Source: an uncultured virus (IMG/VR IMGVR_UViG_3300027769_000015)
Taxonomy: Duplodnaviria; Heunggongvirae; Uroviricota; Caudoviricetes
Direction: 5' to 3' (one strand)
Length of the DNA stretch: 61,577 bases
Virus record (IMG/VR): IMGVR_UViG_3300027769_000015
Position numbers and translations under genes: made by a program. The notes under the pieces were generated by a model, which had not been told where the DNA came from, did not search any database, and saw nothing but the letters and a program-made list of their open reading frames with translations. This document shows positions 43,478-52,935 of the stretch, in pieces. Position 1 is the stretch's first letter, and the number at the start of each line of letters is the position of its first letter.

Positions 43478-43796
43478 GATTTGCTGCTCCTATTGCTAAT
43501 TGACGCAAATACCAAAATCTTCTTATATTTGCTATTAAAGAAATTCTTTGAGCTCTTAAGTACTGTAGTGCTGGTTGCTCCATGTAAACCTTAGACGCAT
43601 TTTTTCCTAAGCCAATACCAACGCCTGCTGGTGGTTCACCCTTGATTGAAGTTGTTCTTACGATATCCCTTGCGCTTGATATAAAATCATCTATGCTTAC
43701 AGAAGTTATATCGTCTGGATCTAAGCCAACAATATACATTAAAACAGCGATGTTTTCCTCTACATAACTAAGATCCTGCTCAACGTCATAGCTCAT
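43470..43796 (-). CDS. Small hypothetical protein, G.DP[DE] family
   Basis: VEENIAVLMYIVGLDPDD. Confidence 0.6.
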   Translation of the reverse strand: MSYDVEQDLSYVEENIAVLMYIVGLDPDDITSVSIDDFISSARDIVRTTSIKGEPPAGVGIGLGKNASKVYMEQPALQYLRAQRISLIANIRRFWYLRQLAIGAANRG

Positions 43797-43978
43797 AAAA
43801 TGTCCTCTTCATCAAGATCGTTAATCGTTAATAAACCATTTTTCATAGCCTCAGAATCCCATAGTACATTGCAGTGTACCGCAGTACCGTCGCTATATTG
43901 AAACAATCCTAATTGCCTAATATAGGTTGGCCCTGTTTGCTCCAGGTGTTCCTCGTTATTAAAAACGTTAATTTTCAT
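43793..43978 (-). CDS. Hypothetical protein
   Basis: 61 aa ORF, stop overlaps the next start. Confidence 0.55.
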   Translation of the reverse strand: MKINVFNNEEHLEQTGPTYIRQLGLFQYSDGTAVHCNVLWDSEAMKNGLLTINDLDEEDIL

Positions 43979-44007
43979 AATTTATTTAGTGCCTTAAAAT
44001 TTATTAA

Positions 44008-44235
44008 TTAACTAATCTTTTTTAGTGATTGAACTTGAGAAAAAAGTGACTCAAAGCTTTGCTGCACTGCAGCATCTAGGCCGCTAAGACCTGCCGATAA
44101 ATCATCGACAGATGTTGCCTGCATTGCGTCTTCTGGGTCTACTCCCAATAATGCGGACAAAGTATATATTGAACTCTCCAAATACCTTGCTGCTTTTTCT
44201 TTTGCGTTATTTTTTTGCTCTGAATTAAGAGTCAT
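44008..44235 (-). CDS. Small hypothetical protein, G.DP[DE] family
   Basis: LESSIYTLSALLGVDPED; AGGAG SD. Confidence 0.65.
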   Translation of the reverse strand: MTLNSEQKNNAKEKAARYLESSIYTLSALLGVDPEDAMQATSVDDLSAGLSGLDAAVQQSFESLFSQVQSLKKIS

Positions 44236-44248
44236 TTTTTCTCCTAAA

Positions 44249-44506
44249 TTACAATTCTGCTATTTTAGCATTTACAGCACTAAGACGAGAAATCAGCATG
44301 TCTATATGTTGATTTATTTTGAAATCTGGACTTTCAATTTCCTCTTCAGTCATAGCATCCTCGTCAAATTGAAAAGTGGCCAAATCAAATGTATCTGGAT
44401 CGGAACCTAATCTGACAATAGTCTTATATAGATCTCTTTCAAATTCAACCTTGGCTGCATTTAATGCCATTAGTTTTTCTTCTCTTGATACTGATAAATA
44501 TCCCAT
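44249..44506 (-). CDS. Small hypothetical protein, G.DP[DE] family
   Basis: FERDLYKTIVRLGSDPDTF...RLSAVNAKIAEL. Confidence 0.7.
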   Translation of the reverse strand: MGYLSVSREEKLMALNAAKVEFERDLYKTIVRLGSDPDTFDLATFQFDEDAMTEEEIESPDFKINQHIDMLISRLSAVNAKIAEL

Positions 44507-44525
44507 TTTCCCTCTTTTTTATTTA

Positions 44526-44783
44526 TTAAGATAAATCTAATATTTTTGCGTTAACTGTTTCCAGTCGTGCTTTAGCTACTGTAACAGCATTTTTTGTGTG
44601 ATACTCGGGATCTTCGTCTGGCTGAGATGCCGAAGAGTCAAAACTCCAGCTATTCAATGCATAGGTATCTGGATCGTGGCCCAGCTTTGACAGATGCTTA
44701 TACAACTCTTCTTCAATCTCTTTTTTAACAAGTTGTAAAATCTTTATTTTTTCTTTTTTTTCAATTACTGAAAAGTTTGCCAT
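44526..44783 (-). CDS. Small hypothetical protein, G.DP[DE] family
   Basis: IEEELYKHLSKLGHDPDTY...RLETVNAKILDL. Confidence 0.7.
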   Translation of the reverse strand: MANFSVIEKKEKIKILQLVKKEIEEELYKHLSKLGHDPDTYALNSWSFDSSASQPDEDPEYHTKNAVTVAKARLETVNAKILDLS

Positions 44784-44821
44784 TGCGCCTCACTTTAACA
44801 TTTTCTATATACAGATAGTAA

Positions 44822-45526
44822 CTACAGTGCAGGATTATTTAACCTTAAAAGCCCTGAGTTTGCTGGACCAATTCTTTCACCTTTTTCGTCTAACCCAGTT
44901 TTAATACCCTTCATCCATGTCCAAGGTTCTTCTCGATTCTTCTTCATTTTGGCGTCACCGTAAGCTTGTCGAGCTACCATTAAAGATGGCTTATCCCAAA
45001 GATTATCTACCTGGAATTCAACTGATTCAAGAAGATCACTCTTAAAAATATTAAAAAACATGAATGGAGTTCCAGCTAAAAATGTTACTGGTTCACCAAT
45101 TTTAGTAATCATCCAATTCATCTGAAACTCATCAGGCCACCAACTTGATGGAATTATAGCTGACAAAGGCGATGCACCGTCGACGAAGTAATTAGGAGAT
45201 CCGCCAATCCAAGTTTCATAACCATCTTCTGTCCCAAATGCCCAACCCACAGAAAAAGAAACCATCCCCACAATCCCACCATAGACTAGGGTTCTCCCCA
45301 TATATTGTTCCCCGCTGAGAATCTTTACATTGTTATTACCGCCGTCCCATTGGACCACTACATCATGGGGAAGTATTAACTCCCAACCATGAACGTTTGC
45401 TGTCGTAACAGGAAGACACTGGTAGGCATGCTTCTTGTACGTGTTATCCATCCAATCTCTTTTGAGCCTAGACTGAATAATCTCTGGTGGATTTTGGTGA
45501 GTCTTAGTTAGTGTTACTTTTGTCAT
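44822..45526 (-). CDS. DUF6065-like protein
   Basis: RDWMD....HAYQCLP...AN..GWELILP...GSPNYF.DG..PL..II...W. Confidence 0.65.
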   Translation of the reverse strand: MTKVTLTKTHQNPPEIIQSRLKRDWMDNTYKKHAYQCLPVTTANVHGWELILPHDVVVQWDGGNNNVKILSGEQYMGRTLVYGGIVGMVSFSVGWAFGTEDGYETWIGGSPNYFVDGASPLSAIIPSSWWPDEFQMNWMITKIGEPVTFLAGTPFMFFNIFKSDLLESVEFQVDNLWDKPSLMVARQAYGDAKMKKNREEPWTWMKGIKTGLDEKGERIGPANSGLLRLNNPAL

Positions 45527-45529
45527 ATA

Positions 45530-46129
45530 TTAAATTAGATCGTCCAATAATACTTCTATTGCTGCTTTAATATTAATTAAGGCCTGCTGTGAATCTGTAT
45601 TTCTTTCTCCAGCGTTAAATGCTAGATCCAATAGATCCGAATTGCAGAAACGAAGCATCTTCTTTCCGTCTCTGCCTATTATAAATTTTTCAAAATTACC
45701 TTGAACTGGATCTTTATTTTCCTGTACTAATTTATAGAATAAATGCTGTTCTACATCTGCCTTTGGCTCTGGAGAAATTCCAACCAATTCACTAAATGGA
45801 AGATCTGTTTTGTACAGCTCTTTCATGTGATCTCGCATATGATGTGCGCTTGCATTAGACTCTTTAAATGCGCCGTATGCATCTTCGCAAAAATCTGTAC
45901 TTGGAACAGCTAATACCTCAAAACCCAAATCCTTATATTCTTTATATAGATCTTCTATAATTGGATATTGAGCAGAATTAGCACATTCTCCAGTTACGTT
46001 AACGATCATTGTTACTTTACCTTTATTCTTAGCTAAGATGTTAGGCTCACCATCAAGTGATGACAAAGGAATGTCGTATACTGACGATTCAAAAGTTTCA
46101 AGAGTTGGTATTTCTTTTTTATCAAACAT
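45530..46129 (-). CDS. Glutathione peroxidase-like protein
   Basis: GKVTMIVNVTGECAN..QY...LYKEYKDLGFEVLAVP...NFEKFIIGRDGK. Confidence 0.85.
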   Translation of the reverse strand: MFDKKEIPTLETFESSVYDIPLSSLDGEPNILAKNKGKVTMIVNVTGECANSAQYPIIEDLYKEYKDLGFEVLAVPSTDFCEDAYGAFKESNASAHHMRDHMKELYKTDLPFSELVGISPEPKADVEQHLFYKLVQENKDPVQGNFEKFIIGRDGKKMLRFCNSDLLDLAFNAGERNTDSQQALINIKAAIEVLLDDLI

Positions 46130-46137
46130 GCTATCTC

Positions 46138-46872
46138 CTATGCTGGCTGTGAATAAGTAAGAGGCTGATTGGTTCCTTTTGATATGCCTTTAGTTGGGTC
46201 AGCTTTAGATCCATCAGCTTTATAACCTAAACCATATTTATGGTTATTGTCATTATAGTCAAACATAGTAACTGCCGAGTACTTAGTGCCACTTGTTACC
46301 TTTAGTGATGCGTGTGCATAGATGAATGTTGACGGAAACAGAATAATATCTCCAGCCTGTGGCTTAAAGTTAATATTCAAATATGGGAACCATAGTTCTC
46401 CACCTTCGTAATCATCGTTTAGGTACATAACCGAAGATACTGTGCATGAGTAAGAGAATCCATGGTCTGCGTGGACAGCAAAGTGCTGCCCAGGATTGTA
46501 TCTAACAAAGTTAATCGCTTCCATGTAATCCATCTTAAAGTTATACATAGACTCATAATGGGTCAGGCATTTTTTGAGGTTTGTCTCAACATCTTCGTAA
46601 CACTTTTTAACATCTTCGAATTCTGGCGTTAGGTACTGCCAATGATCTGGACTCATCTTTAAGTCTACACAGTCTCTGTATTCTGGCATTTTTTCATTGT
46701 AACCAACCATGGCTTCCGACCATTTAAACAAGTCATGTGTGCTATTTCCAATAGCAGCTTCCAATCTTTCAGGAATATTCAAATCTCTTGGTATTGCATT
46801 TCTATAAAGAAAAACGCCAAATTTTCTATTATCTTCTACGTCAGTGCACGCGCCTACATGAAAAAATTCCAT
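46138..46872 (-). CDS. 2OG-Fe(II) oxygenase, P4H type
   Basis: VRYNPGQHFAVHAD...YLNDDYEGGELWF...HAS...GTKYS. Confidence 0.9.
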   Translation of the reverse strand: MEFFHVGACTDVEDNRKFGVFLYRNAIPRDLNIPERLEAAIGNSTHDLFKWSEAMVGYNEKMPEYRDCVDLKMSPDHWQYLTPEFEDVKKCYEDVETNLKKCLTHYESMYNFKMDYMEAINFVRYNPGQHFAVHADHGFSYSCTVSSVMYLNDDYEGGELWFPYLNINFKPQAGDIILFPSTFIYAHASLKVTSGTKYSAVTMFDYNDNNHKYGLGYKADGSKADPTKGISKGTNQPLTYSQPA

Positions 46873-46906
46873 TTTATTACTTTCCTTTGATCAAGTGTTT
46901 TTTACA

Positions 46907-46925
46907 GATGGTATACTATATCACA
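46907..46925. promoter_or_regulatory. Overlapping divergent extended -10 elements
   Basis: TGTGATATAGT on the - strand and TGGTATACT on the + strand, between divergent oxygenase genes. Confidence 0.4.
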
Positions 46926-46949
46926 GAACAAACTACTAGTGAGGACCCT

Positions 46950-47585
46950 ATGGACTTTAACTCTGAGGAAAAATCTTTAATTGAACCAGGGCATTTTGGT
47001 GATTCTAGTGACAATATACTTATCATTGAAAATTTTGTTGAATTACAAGATCTAAAAAAGATACAAGAGTTTTTACCCAACATTAACGAGTGGATGGATG
47101 CTGGAGAAAATACATATTCAGAAGACGGCACATGCACATATGATGCATCCTACTGGCAAAATAGGCAGTGTAGCTTTGATATTCTTTCTAGAATCAATTT
47201 AGATATTTATAATTTAATAGATAAATATATTTTAAAAATGAAATATCTTTTAGAGGATACTTTTAAAGTCAAAGTATCCGTTAGGCCACCAGTTATTATT
47301 AGGTGGTTTCCTGGATTAGAACAGCAACCCCATGCTGATAAGCAGCTGAATGATGGTTCCCCTAACCCATTCCCAACATATGACTTGAATTCATTAATTT
47401 ATTATAATGATGATTTTGAAGGTGGGGAATTATATTATCCTCAGCATGGTATCGAGGTAACGCCTAAGCCTGGCTTAGCTGTAGCTCATCCTGGTGATAT
47501 TAATTATCTTCACGGAGTTAAGAAAGTTATAGCTGGTGAAAGATTCACTACACCGTCTTTCTATACTATTACAGAATTAAACTGA
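46950..47585 (+). CDS. 2OG-Fe(II) oxygenase, P4H type
   Basis: Start moved to MDFNSE after a GAGGA SD; HAD...YYNDDFEGGELY...HGV..V..GERF. Confidence 0.9.
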   Translation: MDFNSEEKSLIEPGHFGDSSDNILIIENFVELQDLKKIQEFLPNINEWMDAGENTYSEDGTCTYDASYWQNRQCSFDILSRINLDIYNLIDKYILKMKYLLEDTFKVKVSVRPPVIIRWFPGLEQQPHADKQLNDGSPNPFPTYDLNSLIYYNDDFEGGELYYPQHGIEVTPKPGLAVAHPGDINYLHGVKKVIAGERFTTPSFYTITELN

Positions 47586-47611
47586 CCTGATATTTCCTAA
47601 AGGATTTTGTT

Positions 47612-48151
47612 TTGGATAAGGTTTATATTTTTAGAAATATTTTAGATCAAAAAGACCTGGAGCAAATCATATTGCACTTAAAAAGTGCTCCAGTTACATT
47701 TGATAAATCTGGATACTCTCCGTTTGGAGTGTATACCGAAAATAATATTCCTGTCTTACCTCAAATCCTTAGTAAGTATTATGATAGGTTAAAAAAAATC
47801 ATTGAAACTTCTTTTAATTGCAGAGTTCACGACGAGGGGTTAAATAGCATAATCGAGATGATTGTTGGGGATTCAATGCCAGTTCATCTAGATCACGGAT
47901 CTGCTTTAGATAAAAATGTTGGATTTAAAACTGGAGCTGGACATCCATCTAGGGATATTAGTTCAGTCCTTTATTATAATAATGATTATGAAGGTGGAGA
48001 AATTTGTTTTCCTAAACAAGATTTATTCATTAAGCCAGAGCCTGGAATGTTTATTTGTTTCCCTGCTAAAGATGAATTTCCACATCAAGTTAAAGAAGTA
48101 AAGAGCGGATACCGTTGGTGCTCAAGTAATTTTTGGTGTGTAACTAGTTAG
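47612..48151 (+). CDS. 2OG-Fe(II) oxygenase, P4H type
   Basis: HLD...YYNNDYEGGEICF...HQVKEVKSGYRW. Confidence 0.85.
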   Translation: MDKVYIFRNILDQKDLEQIILHLKSAPVTFDKSGYSPFGVYTENNIPVLPQILSKYYDRLKKIIETSFNCRVHDEGLNSIIEMIVGDSMPVHLDHGSALDKNVGFKTGAGHPSRDISSVLYYNNDYEGGEICFPKQDLFIKPEPGMFICFPAKDEFPHQVKEVKSGYRWCSSNFWCVTS

Positions 48152-48182
48152 TGGATTTATATTATTTATCTTTAGATTTTTA

Positions 48183-48875
48183 CTAAAGTAATTCTTTGCC
48201 TGGTTTTTCTTGAAACAAGTGCCTAAGCTGTTTAGCATCTGCTATAAACAGTGGTGTTGTTGCAGCCAAGTAGAAAACTCCCCAAATACTGTATTGCCAG
48301 TTGAATATTAAGTATATTAAATAGCCAATCATGGTAAACAGATAGTCATACTTAGCTATGGGTAGCAACCAATCGACATTGCGATATGGTTTTAGTGCAA
48401 AGTATAGATTAACCGGAAAAGTGGCAGTAACTATAAATAAAAAGAATAACCCTAGTTGACCTATGTTACTAGCGTTAAAATCTACACACATTGCAAGAAT
48501 GACTAAAAATATTATTGAATAATGGTGTTGTATTACTGATTTAGTCAAATACTTTTTTACCTTTACAAGACACATGAAATCTACAGCCATATAAGCCATG
48601 GCTATTGATCTTATGGCAGTATTTGGGTAATAACCATTCGTTATATCGGTTAGATAATAATATAACAGCACCAAAAACGTTACAAGGCAGCTTATTGATT
48701 TAATCAGATTAGAACAACTAAATGGTTCCTTTGGGTGAATTTGACCATTTGTTCTAAATATAGATAAAACTTTTTGATTGCTATATAGAGAATTTACAAA
48801 AACGCATGTGAGAACGAAGTAAACCAGTGGGATAATATTGGTTGTTATAAATGGATTTTCAAACATTTTTAACAA
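48183..48875 (-). CDS. Multi-pass membrane protein, TLC (TRAM/LAG1/CLN8)-like
   Basis: About 6-7 hydrophobic segments; Y...D and HH motif (YMAVDF...IQHHYS). Confidence 0.5.
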   Translation of the reverse strand: MLKMFENPFITTNIIPLVYFVLTCVFVNSLYSNQKVLSIFRTNGQIHPKEPFSCSNLIKSISCLVTFLVLLYYYLTDITNGYYPNTAIRSIAMAYMAVDFMCLVKVKKYLTKSVIQHHYSIIFLVILAMCVDFNASNIGQLGLFFLFIVTATFPVNLYFALKPYRNVDWLLPIAKYDYLFTMIGYLIYLIFNWQYSIWGVFYLAATTPLFIADAKQLRHLFQEKPGKELL

Positions 48876-48878
48876 CCT

Positions 48879-49647
48879 TTATTTATTTTGGTTCTTCTTC
48901 AGTTCCTTAACTTCAGATGACAATTCCTGGATGGCTTTAACCATTACTGGAATCAATCTGTGGTATGCAGCGTATATTGTTTCTTCATCTCTGCGGTCAG
49001 TTAGGCCAAACACTTCATGTGCGTTAAACATGTCTTCTACTTTAGCCAACTCTTGAGCTATGAATCCAATATCTTTTTTACCCTGATTGTCTCCGTCTCT
49101 TTCGTTCCATTCGAAAGCAACAGGGCGTAGCTCTTCAACTACATTAAGTCCAAACTCAAGATCTTCTATTTCAATCTTGTCTCTTACGTCAGACTTAAAT
49201 GGTGGTGGGAAAAATGGTGGGAAGAACGGTGGGAAGAATGGTGGGAAGAATGGTGGAAAAAATGGTGGGAAGAATGGTGGGAAATAAGGTGGGAAAAATG
49301 GAGGGAAAAACGGTGGGAAAAACGGTGGGAAATATGGCGGAAAATATGGCGGGAAATAAGGTGGGAAATAAGGTGGGAAGAACGGAGCGTTTCTCTCGTA
49401 AGTTATAGCGCTTCCCATTGGGGCAATGGATGTATCAGTTAAAGCTGTTTTAACAGTATTAAGAGTCGTAGGAGATGCGCTACCTCCACCTTCACCAACG
49501 GTTATAGCAGTGTCTATTGGGGTGCCAACAACAAATCCTGCAGAAGTAATCGCAGTATTTGCTGCAGAATCAGCTGTTCCGTGCAGCTATTGCAGGCTTA
49601 GCTTTTTTTCTTTTAGACTTTGGACCTTCAGCATTATTAGTTGTCAT
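48879..49647 (-). CDS. PASTA-like + (PP[YF]F)n + peptidase S74 chaperone protein (255 aa), +1 shift at CGGA 49578-49581
   Basis: ATG 49647 follows the tail fibre stop. 22 codons, then GCA-CGG-AAC-AGC-TGA. The +1 frame enters ORF 48879-49418. KSDVRDK.EI..L..GL..V..LRPV.F.W...GFIAQE...KAIQEL is an S74 intramolecular chaperone pattern. Confidence 0.85.
49198..49386 (-). repeat. 12-bp coding repeat, 14x PP[YF]F, synonymously diverged
   Basis: Plus-strand units such as GGTGGGAAGAAT, GGTGGGAAATAA and GGCGGAAAATAT. Confidence 0.95.
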
Positions 49648-49648
49648 A

Positions 49649-52600
49649 TTATGCGCTCAAATCTCCCAAGGCTACCCATGTATTTGCAGCTCTCTTAATA
49701 AGTGTAGCAGATGACCAAGTTGTGCGCAACTTAAGACCTGGAGTCGCGTTTACTGTAACGCCAGCAGCTCCGGCTATCGTAACCTGTCCAGCTCCAGTTT
49801 GTAAAATGTTAAGAGTAGCTCCAGTAGCCATGTTCACCGTGTTATCAGCTGGAATAGTCAGCGTAGTGGCTGAGGCGTTAGATATTTCTACCATCTTATT
49901 TTTATCTGTTAATACCAAAGTATAGCTTGCAGTTTGCTGATTTAATGTTGTATCAGCTATCTTGTTTTGGTCAATTGCTGCTGATGTTGATATGTCGGCG
50001 TTAACAATTGACGTAGCTAAATTTAACTTAGAATAAGCAATTGCTGCGGTGGTTGCAATATCGGCATTTAATACCGAGTTGCTGAGTGACAACTTGGAGT
50101 AAGCAATTGCTGCTGCTGTATTAATGTCTGCGTTAACGATTGAGTTTGCGGTAATTGAAGTTACACCAGCATCAGAAATTGTTACGTCACCAGTTTCAGC
50201 AACAGAAGTAGGAACTCCAGAAGCATTATATACAATAATGTTTCCAGCAGTGCTTGTGGCAAGTTTTGATAGTTCAATTCCTGCCGAAGCACTGATATCT
50301 GCATTGACAATCGTTGAATTAGCAATCATCGTACTTGTGACCGTGCCAGTGTCACCAGTGGTAACTGCAGTTCCCGTAGTTGCTGGAAGTGTGATTGTAG
50401 TAGTTCCAGCAGTAGCGTTTGCTACTAATAGAATTGTTCCAGATGTTGAACCGTTAAATGTCGCACCACCTGAAGAAATAACAGGTGTTGTCAATGTAGG
50501 GCTTGTGCCAAATGATGTTAGCGAAGAACCAGTAATCCCAGAACCAAGTGTTGTTCCAGAAAGAACTGTTGTATTGTTAATCTTATAAACTTTACCAGAT
50601 ACCAAATCTAGATGCTCTGATGAAGTCCATGCCGTTGATGCCTCATACCAATAGAATGTTTTATCGGTAGCACCATGAAGAAGAATTCCACCACCATCTG
50701 CAGTTGTATTTGTTTGGACTGCCAAGTTAGCCATTTGGATATTTTTGTCTGCAACAACAAGAGTGTTGGCATTGATTATTGTATTTGCTCCGTTAACCGT
50801 TAAGCTTCCACCGACTACTACGTTTCCATTTAATGTAGTGTTACCAGCTGTATTTCCTATGGCTAAAGTTGTTGCTGAGCCAGCGAAGTTTAGCGTAGTA
50901 ACGTTTGTGTTAACAAGGTTAAACGTTGCGCTTGATGTTGTTATGGAAGTATTAATATTAGGACTTGTATTTAATACAACTAAACCAGTTCCACTTTCAT
51001 CTGTTAATGCCGCAGCAAAGTTTGCTGAAGAAGGAGTTGTTAAGAAGGTTGCAATACCAGTTGCTAAACCAGATACACCAGTAGAGATAGGAAGACCTGT
51101 AGCGCTAGTTAAGGTTGCAAACGATGGAATTCCAATATTTGGTGTAACTAATACTGGTGAGTTAGAGAATACTAAGTTTCCAGTTCCTGTCTCATCGGAA
51201 ACAGAGGTTGCCATTTGAGCAGAGGTGATACTTCCTGTAGCTGTACCGTATAGAGTTCCAGTTGTTGGAAGAGTTACTGTAGTATTTGCTGTTGTTGTAA
51301 CGGTTGTATTAAATGCTCCAGAAGTTATAAAAGAGCTTCCATTTGCCAATGTTAATGTAGCTGAAGTTGCTGGAGCTGTAATTGTAACTTTATTAACACT
51401 TGTTGCTGTTGCTACGCCTATGTTTGGAGTGGTGAGTGTTTTATTGGCCAAAGTTTGAGCGGTTGTTAAATCTGCAGTCACTGCTGTATTTATGCTTATA
51501 GTTGCAGTAGAACCTTCACCTTGTGTATGGCTTACGGTTATCCCAGTGCCACCTGAAACATCCAGCATGTAGCTGCCTGTTGTATCGGTTCCAAGTGCTA
51601 CTGAATTAGCAGCAATTGTAGCAGTGAGTGTTGCGTTACCTAAGCTTGTAAGTGTAGCGCTTCCTGACAAGTCTCCACCAAGTGTAATTACTGGTGAAAA
51701 TGTACCCCACTCAACTCCAGTAGGCGTAGATGAGTTTGCCTTAAGTATAGTACCATTGCTACCAATTCCAATTCTAGCTGGAGTATTATCTGCTGTTGCA
51801 ACAACAAGATCTCCCTTAGCATCGACCAAAGATTTTAGAATTGCACTATTTCCAGCATCTAAAACGCCTTGAGTTACTGCGTTATTTACAAACTGTGTTG
51901 TAGCAATTTGTGTATTACTTGTTCCATTAGCAGCTGTTGTAGATGTTGGTGTTCCAGTCAAAGCAGGGCTTGCTAAAGTTGCATAACCAGCAAATGATAC
52001 AGATGATGTTTCGGTTCCAGTTATTCTTCCATATGAGTCAACAGTGTGACCACTGATAAACGATGTTGTATTAGCGCCAGCCGTATTCGTTTGTGCTACT
52101 GTAGCTAAATCAATATTATTAGCATTAACAACTATTCTATTTACCGATGCCGTTACAACGTCCACAACATTACCAGTAGCTACCAATCCTGCTCCAGCTG
52201 TAAAAGTTGCAGTTCCAGTAAACTGAGTGTAAGTTAAATTGTCAGTTCCAAAAATTATTGCTCCGCTAGTTCCAGTCCCAACTGATGTTAATGTAAATGC
52301 CTGACCAGCGTTGCTTGAGCCACCAACAACATAAACTGCATCTCCGGCTTTTACTTGACCAGCAATGCTATTATCAGTATCTGAACGGCGTGTCAAGACA
52401 AATGGCGCAGATCCATCAATGCCTTGAGCTGTAATGTAATAAATACCATTTTGTTTTGCGTCAGCTTGGTTTTTAACCAAGATCGATTTACCAGTTGTTT
52501 GAGCAACTCCGTCTACTGTAAGTCTTCCGTTTGAATCACCAGTTAAGGTTGCGCCAACTCCAAGAGTTCCATTTGCATATGTACATGCTGGAAGAGCTGC

Positions 52601-52876
52601 TGCGGTTGCAAAGTCTGCAGCTGCATGCCAGTTCATACCAGAAGCTACAGTATCTACATAGGCTCTAGTGGCTAAATCTGTTGAACTTGTTCCTGCGTTA
52701 GCAGCAACAACAGAAGCAACGTTTAGTGTTCCAGTTGAGGTTATATTACCAACTACTGCACCAGAAGAATCTTTTAATTGGATTAAAGGCGCTGTAGCAT
52801 TAGCGGCTGCTTTAATTACAAAAGCTTCATCATAAACTGTAATTTCAGGGGCGGTTTCAATTCTTAAACGGGCCAT
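49649..52876 (-). CDS. Tail fibre protein
   Basis: Thr/Ala/Gly-rich; LATRAYVD, ILVKNQADAKQNGIY, IVNADI repeats; C-terminal ASYTLVLTD...WVALGDL domain. Confidence 0.85.
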   Translation of the reverse strand: MARLRIETAPEITVYDEAFVIKAAANATAPLIQLKDSSGAVVGNITSTGTLNVASVVAANAGTSSTDLATRAYVDTVASGMNWHAAADFATAAALPACTYANGTLGVGATLTGDSNGRLTVDGVAQTTGKSILVKNQADAKQNGIYYITAQGIDGSAPFVLTRRSDTDNSIAGQVKAGDAVYVVGGSSNAGQAFTLTSVGTGTSGAIIFGTDNLTYTQFTGTATFTAGAGLVATGNVVDVVTASVNRIVVNANNIDLATVAQTNTAGANTTSFISGHTVDSYGRITGTETSSVSFAGYATLASPALTGTPTSTTAANGTSNTQIATTQFVNNAVTQGVLDAGNSAILKSLVDAKGDLVVATADNTPARIGIGSNGTILKANSSTPTGVEWGTFSPVITLGGDLSGSATLTSLGNATLTATIAANSVALGTDTTGSYMLDVSGGTGITVSHTQGEGSTATISINTAVTADLTTAQTLANKTLTTPNIGVATATSVNKVTITAPATSATLTLANGSSFITSGAFNTTVTTTANTTVTLPTTGTLYGTATGSITSAQMATSVSDETGTGNLVFSNSPVLVTPNIGIPSFATLTSATGLPISTGVSGLATGIATFLTTPSSANFAAALTDESGTGLVVLNTSPNINTSITTSSATFNLVNTNVTTLNFAGSATTLAIGNTAGNTTLNGNVVVGGSLTVNGANTIINANTLVVADKNIQMANLAVQTNTTADGGGILLHGATDKTFYWYEASTAWTSSEHLDLVSGKVYKINNTTVLSGTTLGSGITGSSLTSFGTSPTLTTPVISSGGATFNGSTSGTILLVANATAGTTTITLPATTGTAVTTGDTGTVTSTMIANSTIVNADISASAGIELSKLATSTAGNIIVYNASGVPTSVAETGDVTISDAGVTSITANSIVNADINTAAAIAYSKLSLSNSVLNADIATTAAIAYSKLNLATSIVNADISTSAAIDQNKIADTTLNQQTASYTLVLTDKNKMVEISNASATTLTIPADNTVNMATGATLNILQTGAGQVTIAGAAGVTVNATPGLKLRTTWSSATLIKRAANTWVALGDLSA

Positions 52877-52910
52877 ATCTCTCCTAGTGTGAGACTTTAA
52901 ACAACTAGGA

Positions 52911-52918
52911 ATATAGTA
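52911..52918 (-). promoter_or_regulatory. Putative late promoter motif TACTATAT
   Basis: 34 nt upstream of ATG 52876. Confidence 0.55.
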
Positions 52919-52935
52919 ATAGGTAAACTATGAAA

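Noticed and set aside
41143..46129. Selenocysteine in the GPx-like genes
   Set aside because: No in-frame TGA in either ORF.
46788..46949. N-terminal extension of the + strand oxygenase in the ORF track
   Set aside because: It overlaps the divergent gene; the SD-supported ATG is at 46950.
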